From positions 434,001-498,000 of the forward strand of contig OX597814.1 in NCBI GenBank assembly GCA_951406725.2: a stretch of 64,000 bases of DNA. Reading direction: 5' to 3'. Every line of letters starts with the position of its first letter. Within the stretch, counting starts at the first letter, position 1. Origin of the DNA: Octopus vulgaris (Eukaryota). The notes below the pieces were generated by a model, which ran no database searches, was not told where the DNA came from, and worked only from the letters and a program-made list of their open reading frames with translations. Positions 12,217 to 26,785 of the stretch are shown here, in pieces. A program made the translations under genes and the position numbers.

Positions 12217-14068
12217 TAGTTAGTTAGTTAGTTAATTTGGCTCAAAAGCAAATAGCAAGGCCATGTAGGGGGACATGGAGTTAAGTACAGGGTGGTGTTC
12301 ATGTAAAGAGTTCAGGCCACTTGAGGTCCAGGGAGGCTTTGAACAAAGCGGTCGTCGGCATATTCACCATCTCGTCTGGCAGCTTGTTCCACGGATCCGC
12401 AAACCGGACGGAGAAAGCTCCTCTCCTTCGATTGAGATGAAATCATCGCAGGTAGAGCTTTTCGGAATGACCTCGCAGCCGACGCTCCGGAGCAGGAGTG
12501 AAGAACAGCTCTTTCGAGAGGTTACACTTCCCGCTTATGATGTTGTGGGCGAGAATGAGATCACCACGGCGGCGGCGTTTTTCAAGAGAATAAAGGTCGA
12601 GCGTCCTCAGCCTTTCTTCGTAGGACAAATTTTTGAGACCATGAACCATGCGGGTAGCCAGCCTCTGGACTCTTTCGAGATGCTGTATGTCTTTGAGGAG
12701 ATAAGGAGAAGAGGCTTGAATCCCATACTTCAATATGGGTCTCACCAGCGTGACATAGAGTGGTAGGAATATGGCTGCTGTGAGCATTCCGAATGACCGT
12801 CGAATCAAAAACAGAATTCCGCGCGCTTTGTTGGCAGCATGGACGCACTGGGCTGAAGGCGAAAAGGAGGAATCCACCAAGATACCCAGGTCCTTTACCT
12901 GATCGGTCTTCTCCAGCAGCAGACGACCCGGCTCGAAATCAAGTTGAGTTGAAATCAAGTTGCTCGCACTGGAGACGTCGGACCGCGAACCATTAACTTG
13001 AATTGTGAAGGAGCGATCTGAGAGGAAGGCACCAACCCATCGTACAATATCCGGATGGAAACTATATGCTTGAAGCTTGACAAGTAGTAGGCGGTGGTTT
13101 ACCGAGTCAAAAGCTTTGGCAAAGTCCAATAAAACGATGTCAACAGCATCACTATCATCGAGGATGCGCGTCACCAATTCTTCCATTACTAGTAAGTTGG
13201 TCAAGCATGATCTCTTCGGCACGAAGCCGTGTTGGGAATCAGTGATCGAGGCTGTGTTTAGGAGGTGGAGCATCATACTTTTCTTAAGGATGGTTTCGAA
13301 CATCTTGCTGATTATTGATGTAAGGGAAACCGGTCGGTAGTTAAGCGGGTCTTCGCGGCTCCCTTTCTTGAAAATTGGGCAGATTATCGCTGTTCTCCAG
13401 TCTGCAGGTATAACACCCGTCGCCAATGACATATTGAATAGTCGTGTTAAGGGCTCGCAGATGACCGGAGCCAACGCTTTGATAACCCGTGGGTGTATGC
13501 CGTCAGGGCCGTGACCCTTGTTGACATCGAGGCCTTGAATAACACGTTTGACTTCGTCCCGCGTGATGACCAATCGAAGCATTGGAGGTACCGATCTATC
13601 AAATGGAGGGGGTTCACGACCATCATCTTGTTTGAAAATAGTTGAAAAAGCCTCGGCAAATAATTGACTCTGTTGATAAGGGTCCTCAATCGATACGCCT
13701 GTTGAGTCTACCAACGTTGCAATCTGGTTGTTCAAGCGGGAATTCCGCTGGACATGGGCAAAGAAGGTTATTAGATTGCTACTGGCATTTGCCGCGATTT
13801 TGTATTCATAACTTAAGCGTTCTTTCTTTTCAATTTTCACGGCTCGGTCTCGTTGAGTTTTGTACACCTCAAAAGCTGCAGTCGAATCCAGATTTTTGAA
13901 TTCAGCCCAAGCAATATCTCTGAGTCGACGTTCTCGTTTAACCTTCTTCGTCACCCAGGGCTTGTGTTTCTTCCTCTTGGGAAGCCCAACGGGAACTGCC
14001 TGGTCAGTCAAACAGATTACATATGCTTTGAGGGATGACCATAGTTCGTCAACTGAGGACAACGTCAT
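12217..14068 (-). mobile_element. 5'-truncated CR1-group LINE with internal RT deletion
   Basis: Motifs GPDGIHP, NYRPVSLTS, QHGFVPKRSCLTNL, LDFAKAFDSVNH, LERVQRLATR, RRRRGDLI; (TAAC)n 3' tail at about 12217-12235. Confidence 0.93.
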
Positions 14069-14522
14069 CTGAGGACAACGTGGGCCAGGGCGGGGGACTT
14101 CGTGCTTGTCCCAGACAACCGCTTGTTGACTTCCTTTCCATCCCCGCAACTCAGACAACGTCATATATATGTATATACATACGCATATATGGGTACAGGA
14201 CGTCACAGAAGGTAAACAACATGAAATACGAAATACGAAAATATGGAATACGAACTTTTTTGCGAACAGCGAAAGAAACAATATTATCGATAATGCCCGA
14301 AATTGCGTTTGACTCCTCTTGCTGATAACTGATGAAGAATTTGTGACCTTGTGTGTTTTCTGTTCGCCTGTGCATTTAGTATGTGTTCGTTTGTTTATTT
14401 ACTACACGTTTCTTTTTAATTATATATATATAGATATGTCATATTTTCTGTTTGTTGTCTTTTTATTTAATCCTGAAGATATTATTTATGTAACGCACGC
14501 ACGCACTCATTAATCTTTTACC

Positions 14523-14560
<38 letters not shown>

Positions 14561-14805
14561 GCGTGAGTGTGTGTGTGCGTGTGGGTGAGTGTGTGTGCGT
14601 GTGTGAGTGTGTGTATGTGCGTGTGTGTGTGTGTGTGTGTGTAGTTCAAATTTACAGAAAACAAACGACGAAGACAGGTGAAAGAACAACAAGCAGGGTT
14701 TGAAGGTTTTTTAGTTATAGAAATCGCCCCCAGGACTTACTCTTTGGAACCCTAGCACTTATTCTATCGGTTTCTTTTTCCAAAACGCTAAGCTACGGGG
14801 ACGTG

Positions 14806-14884
<79 letters not shown>

Positions 14885-14887
<3 letters not shown>

Positions 14888-15135
14888 CGTAGGAATGGCT
14901 GTGTGACAAGAAGTTTGCTGCCTGGTCACAAGGTCAAGTTGGAAAGTGTCTGCTAATATTGATTTGAAAGATGGAAACTGAAAAAAGCCCGTCGTATATA
15001 CGTGTTTGTGGGCCAGGGCGGGGGACTTCGTGCTTGTCCCAGACAACCGCTTGTTGACTTCCTTTCCATCCCCGCAACTCAGAGGTTCGACGAAATTGAC
15101 CGATAGAATATGTCGATTGACTGAGACAAGTAAAT
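14885..15135 (+). mobile_element. Diverged SINE family A copy
   Basis: ggcgtaggaatggctgtgtg...ggaaactgaaaaaagcccgtcgtata...gaccgatagaata. Confidence 0.6.
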
Positions 15136-15376
15136 ACTTTTTTAGATATATCGTAGTAATATCTAATTTAGTTGTGGTTTACGACCAGTCAGGACGTTAC
15201 CATTGGTTTCACACTTTTTATACTCTTAGCAATATAGACGACTTCCACTGCTAAGAACGTAATAGGTGCGAAAGCAATGGTGACTCCCTGACAGGTCATA
15301 CCAACCACATAGTTTCGGGTTCATTCACACTGCGTGGCACCTTAAAACCTAGGGTTGGATTCAAAATTCAACCAGG

Positions 15377-15420
15377 ACACCTGATGAAGGCTGGAGAGTA
15401 AATCAGCCGAAACTTTGTGG
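15377..15420 (+). ncRNA. Minimal type I hammerhead ribozyme motif (Penelope-type)
   Basis: acac CTGATGA a ggctg-gagagtaaat-cagcc GAAA ctTT gtg; same family as 57772. Confidence 0.65.
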
Positions 15421-16076
15421 TAACAACAAATAAGATGAGGACAAATATCCGTCCAATGTAAATAATGTAAATAATGTACAGAATTCCTCATCTCTAAAAT
15501 AAAGATGATTGTTTCAAAAATTCCATGACTTAATCTTGCATCATGTTTTTAAACGACTCCACAATTAATAATGCAGTCATATCCGTTGTGCAGATACACC
15601 GTTCATAGAAATGATCCCACGCAACTCTCTACAAAAATAATATACTTCCCTGCGCGCGCGAGCGAGCGTGGGTGTGTTCAATTGACACAGTCGTTAACTT
15701 GGGTTATTTATTTCGCCTCTTTGCTATGTGAGTTCAAATCCTGCCTATGTTAATTTCACCTTCATACTCTCAAAGTTGATAAAATAAAATAGCAATCCAG
15801 AGAAGATTCGTGGAATCTAGTAGTATCTAGCAGTATCTATTTCGGATCCCTATATTCTGAGTTCAAATCCCACATACTGCCAGCGGAAAAATAAAAGGGT
15901 CCTTCTTAGAAGAAAATCCGTTGGTAAAGGTAAAGCTCCAAATACTGAGATTCTCAATCGCATTGTGTTGACATCATCTACTCCCTCCTATATAGATTCC
16001 AGCTGCACTGGTCTGGGGTCACATTGCCAAAAGTCGGATAAACAACCGACGGAACAGTTTTTTTTTTTACAATGAG

Positions 16077-16077
16077 T

Positions 16078-16112
<35 letters not shown>

Positions 16113-16121
16113 GTAGGTAGG

Positions 16122-16210
<89 letters not shown>
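16077..16210. repeat. (GATA)n microsatellite at the 3' flank of the Tx1 insertion
   Basis: Directly visible. Confidence 0.95.
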
Positions 16211-16211
<1 letters not shown>

Positions 16212-17172
16212 TATTTTCTTTATTAGCCACACCGGGCTGCACACAGATAGAACAAATTACAAGGTAGAGCTTTTCTTTTGAAGGTTTAAAAAAAAAAAAA
16301 AAAAAAAAAAAGGAAGGGGAGTTTCGATCAAAATGGATCGTAAAAGGAGAGAAAGAGGACAAAAAAAAGGGGGTTAAAAAAAAGGGGAGAGGAAAAAAAA
16401 AAAAAAAAAAAAAAAATTGATCAATAGGGATCGTTATCACAGAAATGTCAATATGAAGTGTAAAGGGGAGGACAGGTGAGGTTTACCCGTGGAAAGAAAA
16501 GCCTACGGAAAAGACCACGGTAACCTCGGTCAATGAAGTCACATTTTATATTTCTTTTTTTTTTTTTTTTAAATAAGCAACTCTCTGTTTTCGATTTCTG
16601 GGTTCATAGGACTATGCTCAAGGTGGCTTCGTCATTCATACGTGCCATTCTTGCTACATTCACCCATCTTTTTTTAAAACATTCGCTAGACAAAACTTGC
16701 CTCTCTACTCTCACTTTCCTTTTCAAGTGGTACTTGAAGAAGTTGATGAGAGATTGACCAGAGAGGAAAGTGTTTGTCTCCAATCCTTTCAGACGCGTCC
16801 ACCAGATACATTCCTTCGCCATAGCCACAAGGATGATGAAAATAGCTCTTCCTTCCCGTTTGAAGGAAGGAGGCGTGACAATATTGACGATAGACTCAGC
16901 TGATAAACCGACTCGTCCCACACGTGACAGCAGTTGTTCGACATAAGCCCACAGGTCGGAAATTGTTGGACACTGAACGAGTGCGTGCAGAACGGTTTCG
17001 TCGCTCTGACCGCATCTCGGGCAGGTCGGCCCCGTGTTTCTCGAGCCGTGTCTGTAGAGCTTATCCCGAACGGGTAGCGCTTCTCGGTAGCACTGACAGG
17101 CCAGGGATCTCTGGAAGTTGTCCATGGGCCCTGGCCCGAAAGTCGTCCTGAACAGGCGGGTCAGGTACTCCT
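16211..17172 (-). mobile_element. 5'-truncated Tx1-clade LINE (zf-RVT/C-terminus plus 3' UTR)
   Basis: ALPVRDKL...CPRCGQSDETVLHALVQC zinc knuckle and AKECIWWTR; T-rich 3' UTR ending ggctaataaagaaaata. Confidence 0.88.
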
Positions 17173-17394
<222 letters not shown>

Positions 17395-17553
17395 GCAGGG
17401 AGGATGGTATAGACCACGATCACCACCGTAAATATAAGCCACAGAAATATTCGCAACAACCGCACACATAAAGAGAAGAGAGAAGGGAAAAGAAATAATT
17501 CCTGGGCGACGTAAATTCAATAACAACAATTACAATAATAATAGCAATAACAG

Positions 17554-17640
17554 CTAAAGTATGGGCGTCAGCGGCACATTTCATAAAGTATGCACGTCAG
17601 CGGCACATATCATAAAGTATGCACGTCAGCGGCACAGCGG
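17554..17640. repeat. 29-bp tandem repeat x3
   Basis: Unit taaagtatgcacgtcagcggcacatatca. Confidence 0.9.
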
Positions 17641-17649
17641 CCGGGATCT

Positions 17650-18036
17650 CTTTAATATCGATCCTTTCTCAGCCAGACATAATCTGCACTTTCTGCTGCT
17701 ATTGAAGTACGCTTTACATTTCTCTAGCATCCTCCGCTTTATGTTATACTTGGTGACGCTGTCTTTCAACGACCATACGTGCTTGGCCAGGGTCGTGGCA
17801 TTACATCTCTCCTAGATGCTGAAGGACTTGTGGTTGTTATAGTAGGGTCTGAAGGGGCCTTCAATTGCTCCAATGTACTTTCGCACGTTTGGTTGTCTAT
17901 TTAATCCTATTGCTGTTACCTTTACCTCGTATACGACATCCTTCGTATTACAGTGGCCGTTCAGTGGCCATGTTGGGTTACCCTTACTTGAGCATCTTGC
18001 CTCTGTCTCAGGTGTGGGCCTAACTACTAAAGTCAA
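17650..18036 (-). mobile_element. Penelope-like (Naiad-type) GIY-YIG endonuclease fragment
   Basis: PLNGHCNTKDVVYEV...KYIGAIEGPF..YNNHKSF, then TTLAKHVWSLKD...KCRLCLAEK. Confidence 0.8.
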
Positions 18037-18447
18037 ATTTTTACATTAAATGTGCACAGCTAAAGAAAACATTCAGGATGCGTCTATTTTTAATCCTTGA
18101 AAATTTTCTAGTTCCCACCGAGTATCGGCGGGTGCATACCCTCCCGTAAGACCATTGCATGTGCGTGGGTGTCTATTGTTTGTCTTCACATATACAATGA
18201 TAAATTACTTAAGTTCTTTAAATAGGTCAGTAAAGTCTTGCAAGTTTGTAAGCGTACGCAATCCATGATCATGAGACATGCTCGTTATATTTGACAGAAA
18301 AGTGTATTATATTACACGTGGTCAAGACCTCTCTTTTGTGTGCAGTGTATATCCTTGACCGATCAGTGTTCAGGCTGGGCGGGGCATCAAGTTATTCACA
18401 GCACCAGGTTGTTTATAAATAGATTGTAACAAACGACATACTAAACC

Positions 18448-18680
18448 TATTTCTTTATTGCCCACAAGGGGCTAAACACAGAGAGGACAAACAAGGACAG
18501 ACAAACGGATTAAGTTGAGTACATCGACTCCTCCAGTGCGTAACTGGTACTTATTTAATCGACCCCGAAAGGATGAAAGCAAAGTCGGCCTCGGCGAAAT
18601 TTGAACTCAGAATGTAACGGCAGACGAAATACGGCTACGCATTTCGCCCGGCGTGCTAACGTTTCTGCCAGCTCGCCGCC
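18448..18680 (-). mobile_element. SINE family B with target-site duplication
   Basis: Flanked on both sides by gacatactaaacc. Confidence 0.9.
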
Positions 18681-18733
18681 AAATGACATACTAAACCGTT
18701 ATAGATATAGGCAAAGCTTGGGTATATACAGAA

Positions 18734-19128
18734 CTAGTAGTATCGCCCGGCGTTGCTCGGGTTTGTAAGGGAAATAGCTATATAAGCATTTTTAGAGATG
18801 TAAAGTATAATAGCCATCTCAATATGGCTAACCACAAAGGGGGGGTGTTACTGTAACTTTTTACGTTCTGAGATTTAATAATAAATTTTTAGAGAGTTAC
18901 TTCCCTTATATATGCCAAAAATGCATTAAAATGGAAAAAAATTATGGTAATTTTTTTTTTAAATCGTAGACTCATCATAGACGCGTGCTAATACCCAGAA
19001 GGGCTCGATATGAATCACGACTATAAGATACCCGGTTTTGGTTAAACTGCACCGCAAATTGTGGGAGTAGTTAGGAATCTAAATCGTAGGAGACAGACAG
19101 CACACAACCTCACTTTTATATATAAAGA
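18734..19128 (-). mobile_element. Short non-autonomous Helitron
   Basis: Minus strand A|TCtttatatataaaag...cccgagcaacgccgggcgatactaCTAG|T; sister copy at 55480-55979. Confidence 0.8.
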
Positions 19129-19187
19129 TATGATGAGGAAGGAGTGATACAGAGGTATAGATACAAGGGCGTTTGTGTATACTGGAT

Positions 19188-19497
19188 AGCACTGCGTCGG
19201 TTACAAACGATGAGGGTTCCAGTTGATCCGATCAACGGAACAGCAGTAACATGAAAGTGGCTGAGTACTCCGCATGAAGGTTTCCCTTTGACGTAGTTCT
19301 GGAGGAGATCCAGCGGGATAAAGAATGTGATAAGGCTGGCCCTTTCAATTACTGGTACTACTTATGAACAAGATGAATCGACCTGGGGGAGCAGGACATA
19401 AAATGTCTTGCTCGAGGAGACAAGATGCCACAGGGAATTGAACCCATGATCTTGCGATCGTGAACCGAGTACCTCTAACCACTAAGCCACGCACCTT
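19188..19497 (-). mobile_element. SINE family C (diverged)
   Basis: Matches 59916-60242. Confidence 0.75.
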
Positions 19498-19675
19498 AAG
19501 AAGCTCGCAATTCTTTCTTTCTTTCTTTCTTTCTTTCTTTTATTCTTGCTAAAGTTATAATAAAACGAACGCAAATCCATATTTGTACCTGCAATAAATA
19601 AACTAATTAGAAACAAAAGAAAAATTAAGAGGCGTTTAAAAGCATATAGAAATGTGTGTGTGTGTGTGTGTGTGC

Positions 19676-19708
<33 letters not shown>

Positions 19709-19847
19709 TGTGTGTAATACATGTATGTCATTATTCAGTATATTTCAAGATTTCTTGCCAATAGAGAAAGAACCGGTTTCTCACCAAGATCCAAGGATCC
19801 TTCTTTGGAATTTCAACACCAACAACAGAGTATTTTTGTGTTTGTTT

Positions 19848-21290
<1,443 letters not shown>

Positions 21291-22067
21291 TAGGCATTCT
21301 GACTGCTGCCGGCTGCTACTGACTCATAAATATTTTTGATTCCATTTCTCATAGAAAAACTCTTGTATTTAATCTGCCAGTAAGATAAGCGCCATTGTTC
21401 GCAGTGGAATCTCAACAGACTTTCTCTTACGTATTCCTAAATATACCACCGTACATCTCCACAGAGACGACTTTATTAGAAGGTTTCATTTAATGACATT
21501 GGAAGCCTTTTATTTATCTAAACGTTCCACCCTTGAACAAAAGACTTCTGCTTCCTTTCATAAGATAATCTTACATGAATGTATATAACTTGAACGACAT
21601 TCCTATGAAGACCTTCCCCACCAACGTACACCTACAGCCACAAGACGCAAGTTAATTGCGTATTTTAATGATCAATGATATTAAATGAGCTGTTGTTATT
21701 AATGAACTGATCCTTTTAGGACGGTTACTTTCATTGTTACACACGAAAGTTTGTTTTGTTTTGTTTTTAATACGTACTCTGATCAAAAAGTACCGGGACT
21801 GTTGCTATGGCGACTTAGCAAAAGTACGCAGAGTGAATCCGTTCGGCGCAGATTGACCTTGAACTCTGTTGCGCGTTCACATTAAGTGACAATGCTCTCG
21901 CTCACAACCGTTGTTTACGGCAACGCTTCGAAGTGAAGAGTGTAAAGTGTTGTCGTCTCAAGGAAATATCGGGTCTCAGCTCAACAGGTTCTTCTTGATT
22001 GGGTTGAGGAAGGTGAAAACTCAGAGGAAACAGTCATAACGCGCGACGAATCGTGTGTCAATGGCTA

Positions 22068-22497
22068 ATCATCATCATTGTTCAACTGTGGTCGAGACAA
22101 TGGAATTTACCATGCTACGCCAGACTTCACGGTGCATCATAGCATTACGGAGGTCCTGTTGCTGGATGCCTGTATCCCTGGAGATTACATCAGGGTAGGA
22201 GAGTGTGCGCCCTCTGGTATCGCGAGTAGATGGCTTCCAGAGGAGAAGAGGAGAAATTACCTCGTTTTCAGCTCTACAACAATGTCCAGCAAACTGGACT
22301 CTTCTACCTTTCACAAGAGATGATACAGGTGGTAGTTTCCCATATATTTGTAGTTTGATTGGATGACGCTTCCACGAGAGATTTTGAGCTCTCATAAAGA
22401 GGCAAGTGTAGGTTCCATCCAACCGCCTCTCAAGCTTCTTTGATAACGTCCAGGTTTCTGAGCCATAGAGTAGAATTGGTTCGACTGTGGCTTGAAA
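22068..22497 (-). mobile_element. RTE-group LINE 3' fragment with (TGA)n tail
   Basis: ILLYGSETWTL, RRVQFAGHCCR, REVWRSMV; a shorter sister fragment lies at 33817-33942. Confidence 0.85.
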
Positions 22498-22639
22498 GGA
22501 ATGGGATTTCAAGACGTCGATGAAATCCAAGGGAATGCGACGAGGCAGCTGCTCGCCTTTCCTGAAAAGGAGATGCAGGAATGGTTCCATCAAGGGAAAC
22601 GACGCTGGATAAAGTGTGTGTCTGCGAAAGAGACTAAAT

Positions 22640-22866
22640 GACGAGCTGGCAGAACCGTTAGCACGCCGGGCGAAATGCTTAGTGGTAGCTCGTCCGCCGC
22701 TACGTTCTGAGTTCAAATTCCGCCGAGGTCGACTTTACCTTTCATCCTTTCGGAGTCGATAAATTAAGTACCAGTTATGCACTGGGGTCGATGTAATCGA
22801 CTTAATACCTATGTCTGTCCTCGTTTGTCCCCTCTGTGTTTAGCCCCTTGTGGGTAATAAAGAAAC
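22640..22866 (+). mobile_element. SINE family B
   Basis: Head, core and tail match the other copies. Confidence 0.85.
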
Positions 22867-23432
22867 AGAATTGATGGGTTGTAGTTTTCTTTCTCTAACG
22901 TTGGCCCCGATACTTTTTGATCAGACCTCACGGTCACGTTTGCACAACGTTTCAGTTGGTTCTGTATCGCGGCTTTTACCAAAATTCGAACCCTCTTGCT
23001 TCCCAGCTTACATCAAGGGCCAACTATATTACCATATCACTAACTACCAGACATTTCCTACATCACCATAAAAGGTTTGAATGTCGTGAACATGGTTCCA
23101 CGCATACTTATCTGTTAAAATTAAAATATAGGATTTGGTATCGAACTATGATAAAGTTATTTAGAGGCCTGATGATTGGGGTTACATTCTAAGAAATGTT
23201 CCTATAAAACACCGCGAGCTTAATGAACGGTAAAAGAACCTCAAGAAACAGGTGTAGCAGAGTTTTAGAAATGAGTAGTAAGTATTAAATTAAAATTATT
23301 TTATATGGTGGGATGATGGGGACTACTATCTCTAAATAACATATATATTTCCTCATTGAGAATAATTTGAACCCCTGTCATGCCGGAATTTTTATTCCCT
23401 AATAAATAAAATAAAATAAAATAAAATAAAAT

Positions 23433-23486
<54 letters not shown>

Positions 23487-23899
23487 GAATGACCACTGGG
23501 TGGATCCCTAATATGCTAAAGGTAGACCCCATATGGTCTGGCCACTAAGAATAATTGCTCTCAAGAAAATTCGGCGAACGCCAAAACGTAAAGCGAGCAG
23601 GACAAATGAAAAGATGCAAAATATAACGATTAGTCCCATACCGTGGTTTCATTGTTACCATTTACATTACGTAAATGTCTGCCAATCCTCAATGTGACCG
23701 TCATGTGAAAATATAATTTGCAGAACTATACAGGAGACGTCCTCCCGAGAGAGAACATGCATACAGTTCTATCAATTATATTTGGAGATACATTTCAAAT
23801 GTCTTTGTTTTGGCGAGCCGAAGCCGGAAATGACTCAGCAGAAAATAATTTTCTGCATCGAAGCTTGCCGATAAGAGAACATGGTTATTTAAATTCAAA

Positions 23900-24602
23900 T
23901 AATAAGTGCGCCAGAAGGAAGTTCAACAGCAGAATTAATATTTGCCAGAAAGGTGAAGTTAGTATTCAATAAACTATTACCAGTGAAGAAAGAATTACGT
24001 GCTAGTAAAGACATGCAAACATTCCTTAGAATCGGTGATAAGGTATATGTAAGAATGTACAAAAATGGCAAACAATACTGGGAAGAAGGAGAAATTGTAA
24101 CATACATAGGAAGAATTATGTATGGGATGAGAAGCAGAAATGGAATGGAAAGGAGACATAGAAGTCAGCTTAAGGAAAGAATCATAGAAAAGGAACCAAC
24201 CGGAGTAGAAATTCTGATGGATTGGCTATGTGACACTTTTCAGGTTCCATCAAGAAGTCGAAACCACACGAACACGGAAAAGAAAGAACATTGAGTTCTT
24301 AAAAGCAAACACTAAGAAGAAAAGATATTGAGTATATAAAAAAAATGGGGAGGTGGAATGAATAAAAGAAATTCATTGTTAAATAAAATGATTAAAAGGG
24401 GAGATGTATAGTGAAACGCTTTACCCCTCCTGGTAAAAAGTGGTAGGAACCAGCCATCATAAATAGACCAGTAACTAGTTGTCACGAGAGGGTCGAGAGT
24501 CCGAGTTCAGAGTCAACTGTTCTAGTCAATGTCTTGTGGAGCAATCAGCGATAGTAAGACAGAGGAAGTTCCTGTATTACTATTCCAGTACAAAGAGATA
24601 CA
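23900..24602 (+). mobile_element. Gypsy-like LTR retrotransposon 3' end (integrase C-terminus, PPT, short LTR)
   Basis: IGDKVYVRMY...WEEGEIV..IGRIMY...RRHRSQLK; polypurine tract aaaaggggaga followed by TG at 24405; probable LTR end CA near 24602. Confidence 0.7.
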
Positions 24603-24804
24603 ACGGTATCCGATGACTAATAACTATTGTGGCTACTAGTGTAAAACGGAAACTACCATACAATGGCTGTCATACATCACACTGGTGGGAGGAACCCACT
24701 TTACAACAGTATGTATGTATGTATGTATGTATGTATGTATGTATGTATGTATGTATGTATGTATGTATGTATGTATGTGTGTATGTATGTGTGTATGTAT
24801 ATGT

Positions 24805-25330
24805 CAGGTCACTTTCGAGTGCTACTGGTAACATGTAACCCAGTACAACCTGTTGCATGGTCGGGCCGTCGGCGACTAAACCAGCAACCCCACCGGGCTT
24901 GCTTGGTAAGGAGAATGTTTATTGGACACTCTGCTGGATGAAAAACAAAACCCGTCAAAGGGCGGAGGAACTCTTGAGAGTCAACGGCCATCCAATAAAT
25001 GTCTTAAGGCTGAATCATGCGCGGAGACATAGAAATAATCGGACTGAATACCCGATCGCGCGGTTAAACCATTGGGAGTGAAGGACCCCTAGCCTTTGTT
25101 AGGGCATCCTTCTAGGAGAAGGTAACTCGGGTAACTGGGATAACTCCGACATAAAAGCTGCAGCTCAGTGGTTACCGATGATGTTGACTTGTTCTTCTTT
25201 TCGGATTATGGCTGCTGTTGCTTAGTGAGTGGGATTGACTTTGTGCACAGCCTTTCCTCACTTTAAAAAAAAATCTTCTTGCACAGGCATTGCGCGATAA
25301 CAACATTGTTCATGATTGTTGATGGTGCTG
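24805..25330 (+). mobile_element. Probable RTE-related 5'UTR-like or non-autonomous repeat
   Basis: Contains ggcatccttctaggagaaggtaactc, recalled as typical of RTE 5' regions; no ORF. Confidence 0.35.
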
Positions 25331-26099
25331 TGAGTCTCAACTGAATGGCTGGTTGTGGCCTTAAAAAGCAAATAAAAGTCACATTCGATCACAGCACCAA
25401 TAATAGTGAAGCTTCGTGCAATGGCCATACTCGATAACGAGGGGGCAGCCATCATGTATGTATGTATGTATGTATGTATGTATGTATGTATGTATGTATT
25501 TATGTATGTATGTATGTATATATGTATGTATGGTGTGATGCTAGTGAAGTTAGGCAAATAGTAACTGTCTTTCACATAACTAATGCGAGAAGTTTTTCGT
25601 TGCATCATAATTTCTCCATATAATAGATTATTGTCTTTAATCTGGTTCCATAGTTTGTCGACCGAATGACGAGCGAATAATATAAACTCTTGTATGTCTA
25701 ACAGATTATGTCTTGGATTTCGTCCTATAGGTCTCTAGTTTCTATAATGTTTGTTTAAATGCGTTAAATATGTAGAATATTTCTTTATTCACCATAAGGT
25801 TGAGAAAAAGATGGGACGATACGAGGACAGACAAAACAAACATTGGGGTCAGGGTATCGAATGAGACGAAACATATGAATAGACAAGTGTCTCTAGATGC
25901 AGGCCTAGCTGTTGGGGGTATTTGTCTCCCCTTCGTAAATATATAAGGACACAGGAAATGTGTCAAGGCCGACAGGAAGCGTGGTGTAATTCCCTTACTG
26001 TCACGTTAAGTTAACAGTATACAACCAAAATATATACAATTAAATGAGAATGAGTGATTTACAAAAAATGAAGCGGAGGACGCGGTCGACCCCATAAAC

Positions 26100-26430
26100 C
26101 ACAGACTCACACTGAAGATTTTGCTTTCTCCTTTTTTACATTCTCGATTAAACAGGTTCTTTCACTCGCAACATACTTGCTATAGACTTCCATCTTTTAC
26201 GAAACACACTTTGCGACAGGCATTTCTTCTCCAGCCTTATTTTCCGTTTCATGTGGAAAACGAAAAAGTCGATTAGCTCGAGACTGGAGATGAACATTCC
26301 TGTTGCAATTCCTTTCACTCTCGTCTTCCATTCTATCTCTTTCGCCACAGCAACTACCGAGAGAAAACAGGCTCGCTCCTCCCTATTCAGGAAGGTCGGC
26401 GGAACGATCTTAATTACAGATTCGTAGAAT
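26100..26430 (-). mobile_element. Second, divergent Tx1-clade C-terminal fragment
   Basis: ESVIKIVPP..REERACFLSVVAVAKEIEWKTR..FHMKRKIRLEK..FRKRW aligns with the 16604-17125 ORF. Confidence 0.8.
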
Positions 26431-26785
26431 GGTTTATTTAACAAACTGAAGTTACTAAAACATATTTCAATAAAGAAAATGTTCAATAAAATACCAGGAC
26501 ATTGTCGTTTATTTTATTCAGATGAAGGTCAGAGTCAATGAGAAACCTGTCATTGTTGGGTTTCTTTTTCATTGTCTTCGTTCTCCACTTCTTTGCGAAA
26601 GAGTCCTTCAATACGCATGGCGTAGAGCGTTTTAAATTTTCGATTTACTTCGATACTTGGTTTTCATTCGCCACAGACTTGCGAACATCTGATCCGCAAA
26701 GATGAATTAGCACAAACTGAAACAGATCAGGTATTGTTCAAGCTACTGATCTGTGTAAGTATCCTGTATGAATGGGCAAATTTCA

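Noticed and set aside
14069-14281. N-terminus of the 612-aa ORF as real protein
   Set aside because: It reads through a templated insertion, TA repeats and an unrelated repeat; only the LINE-derived part is homologous.
24805-24910. HDV-like ribozyme at an RTE-like 5' region
   Set aside because: I could not assign the nested double pseudoknot pairings by eye.
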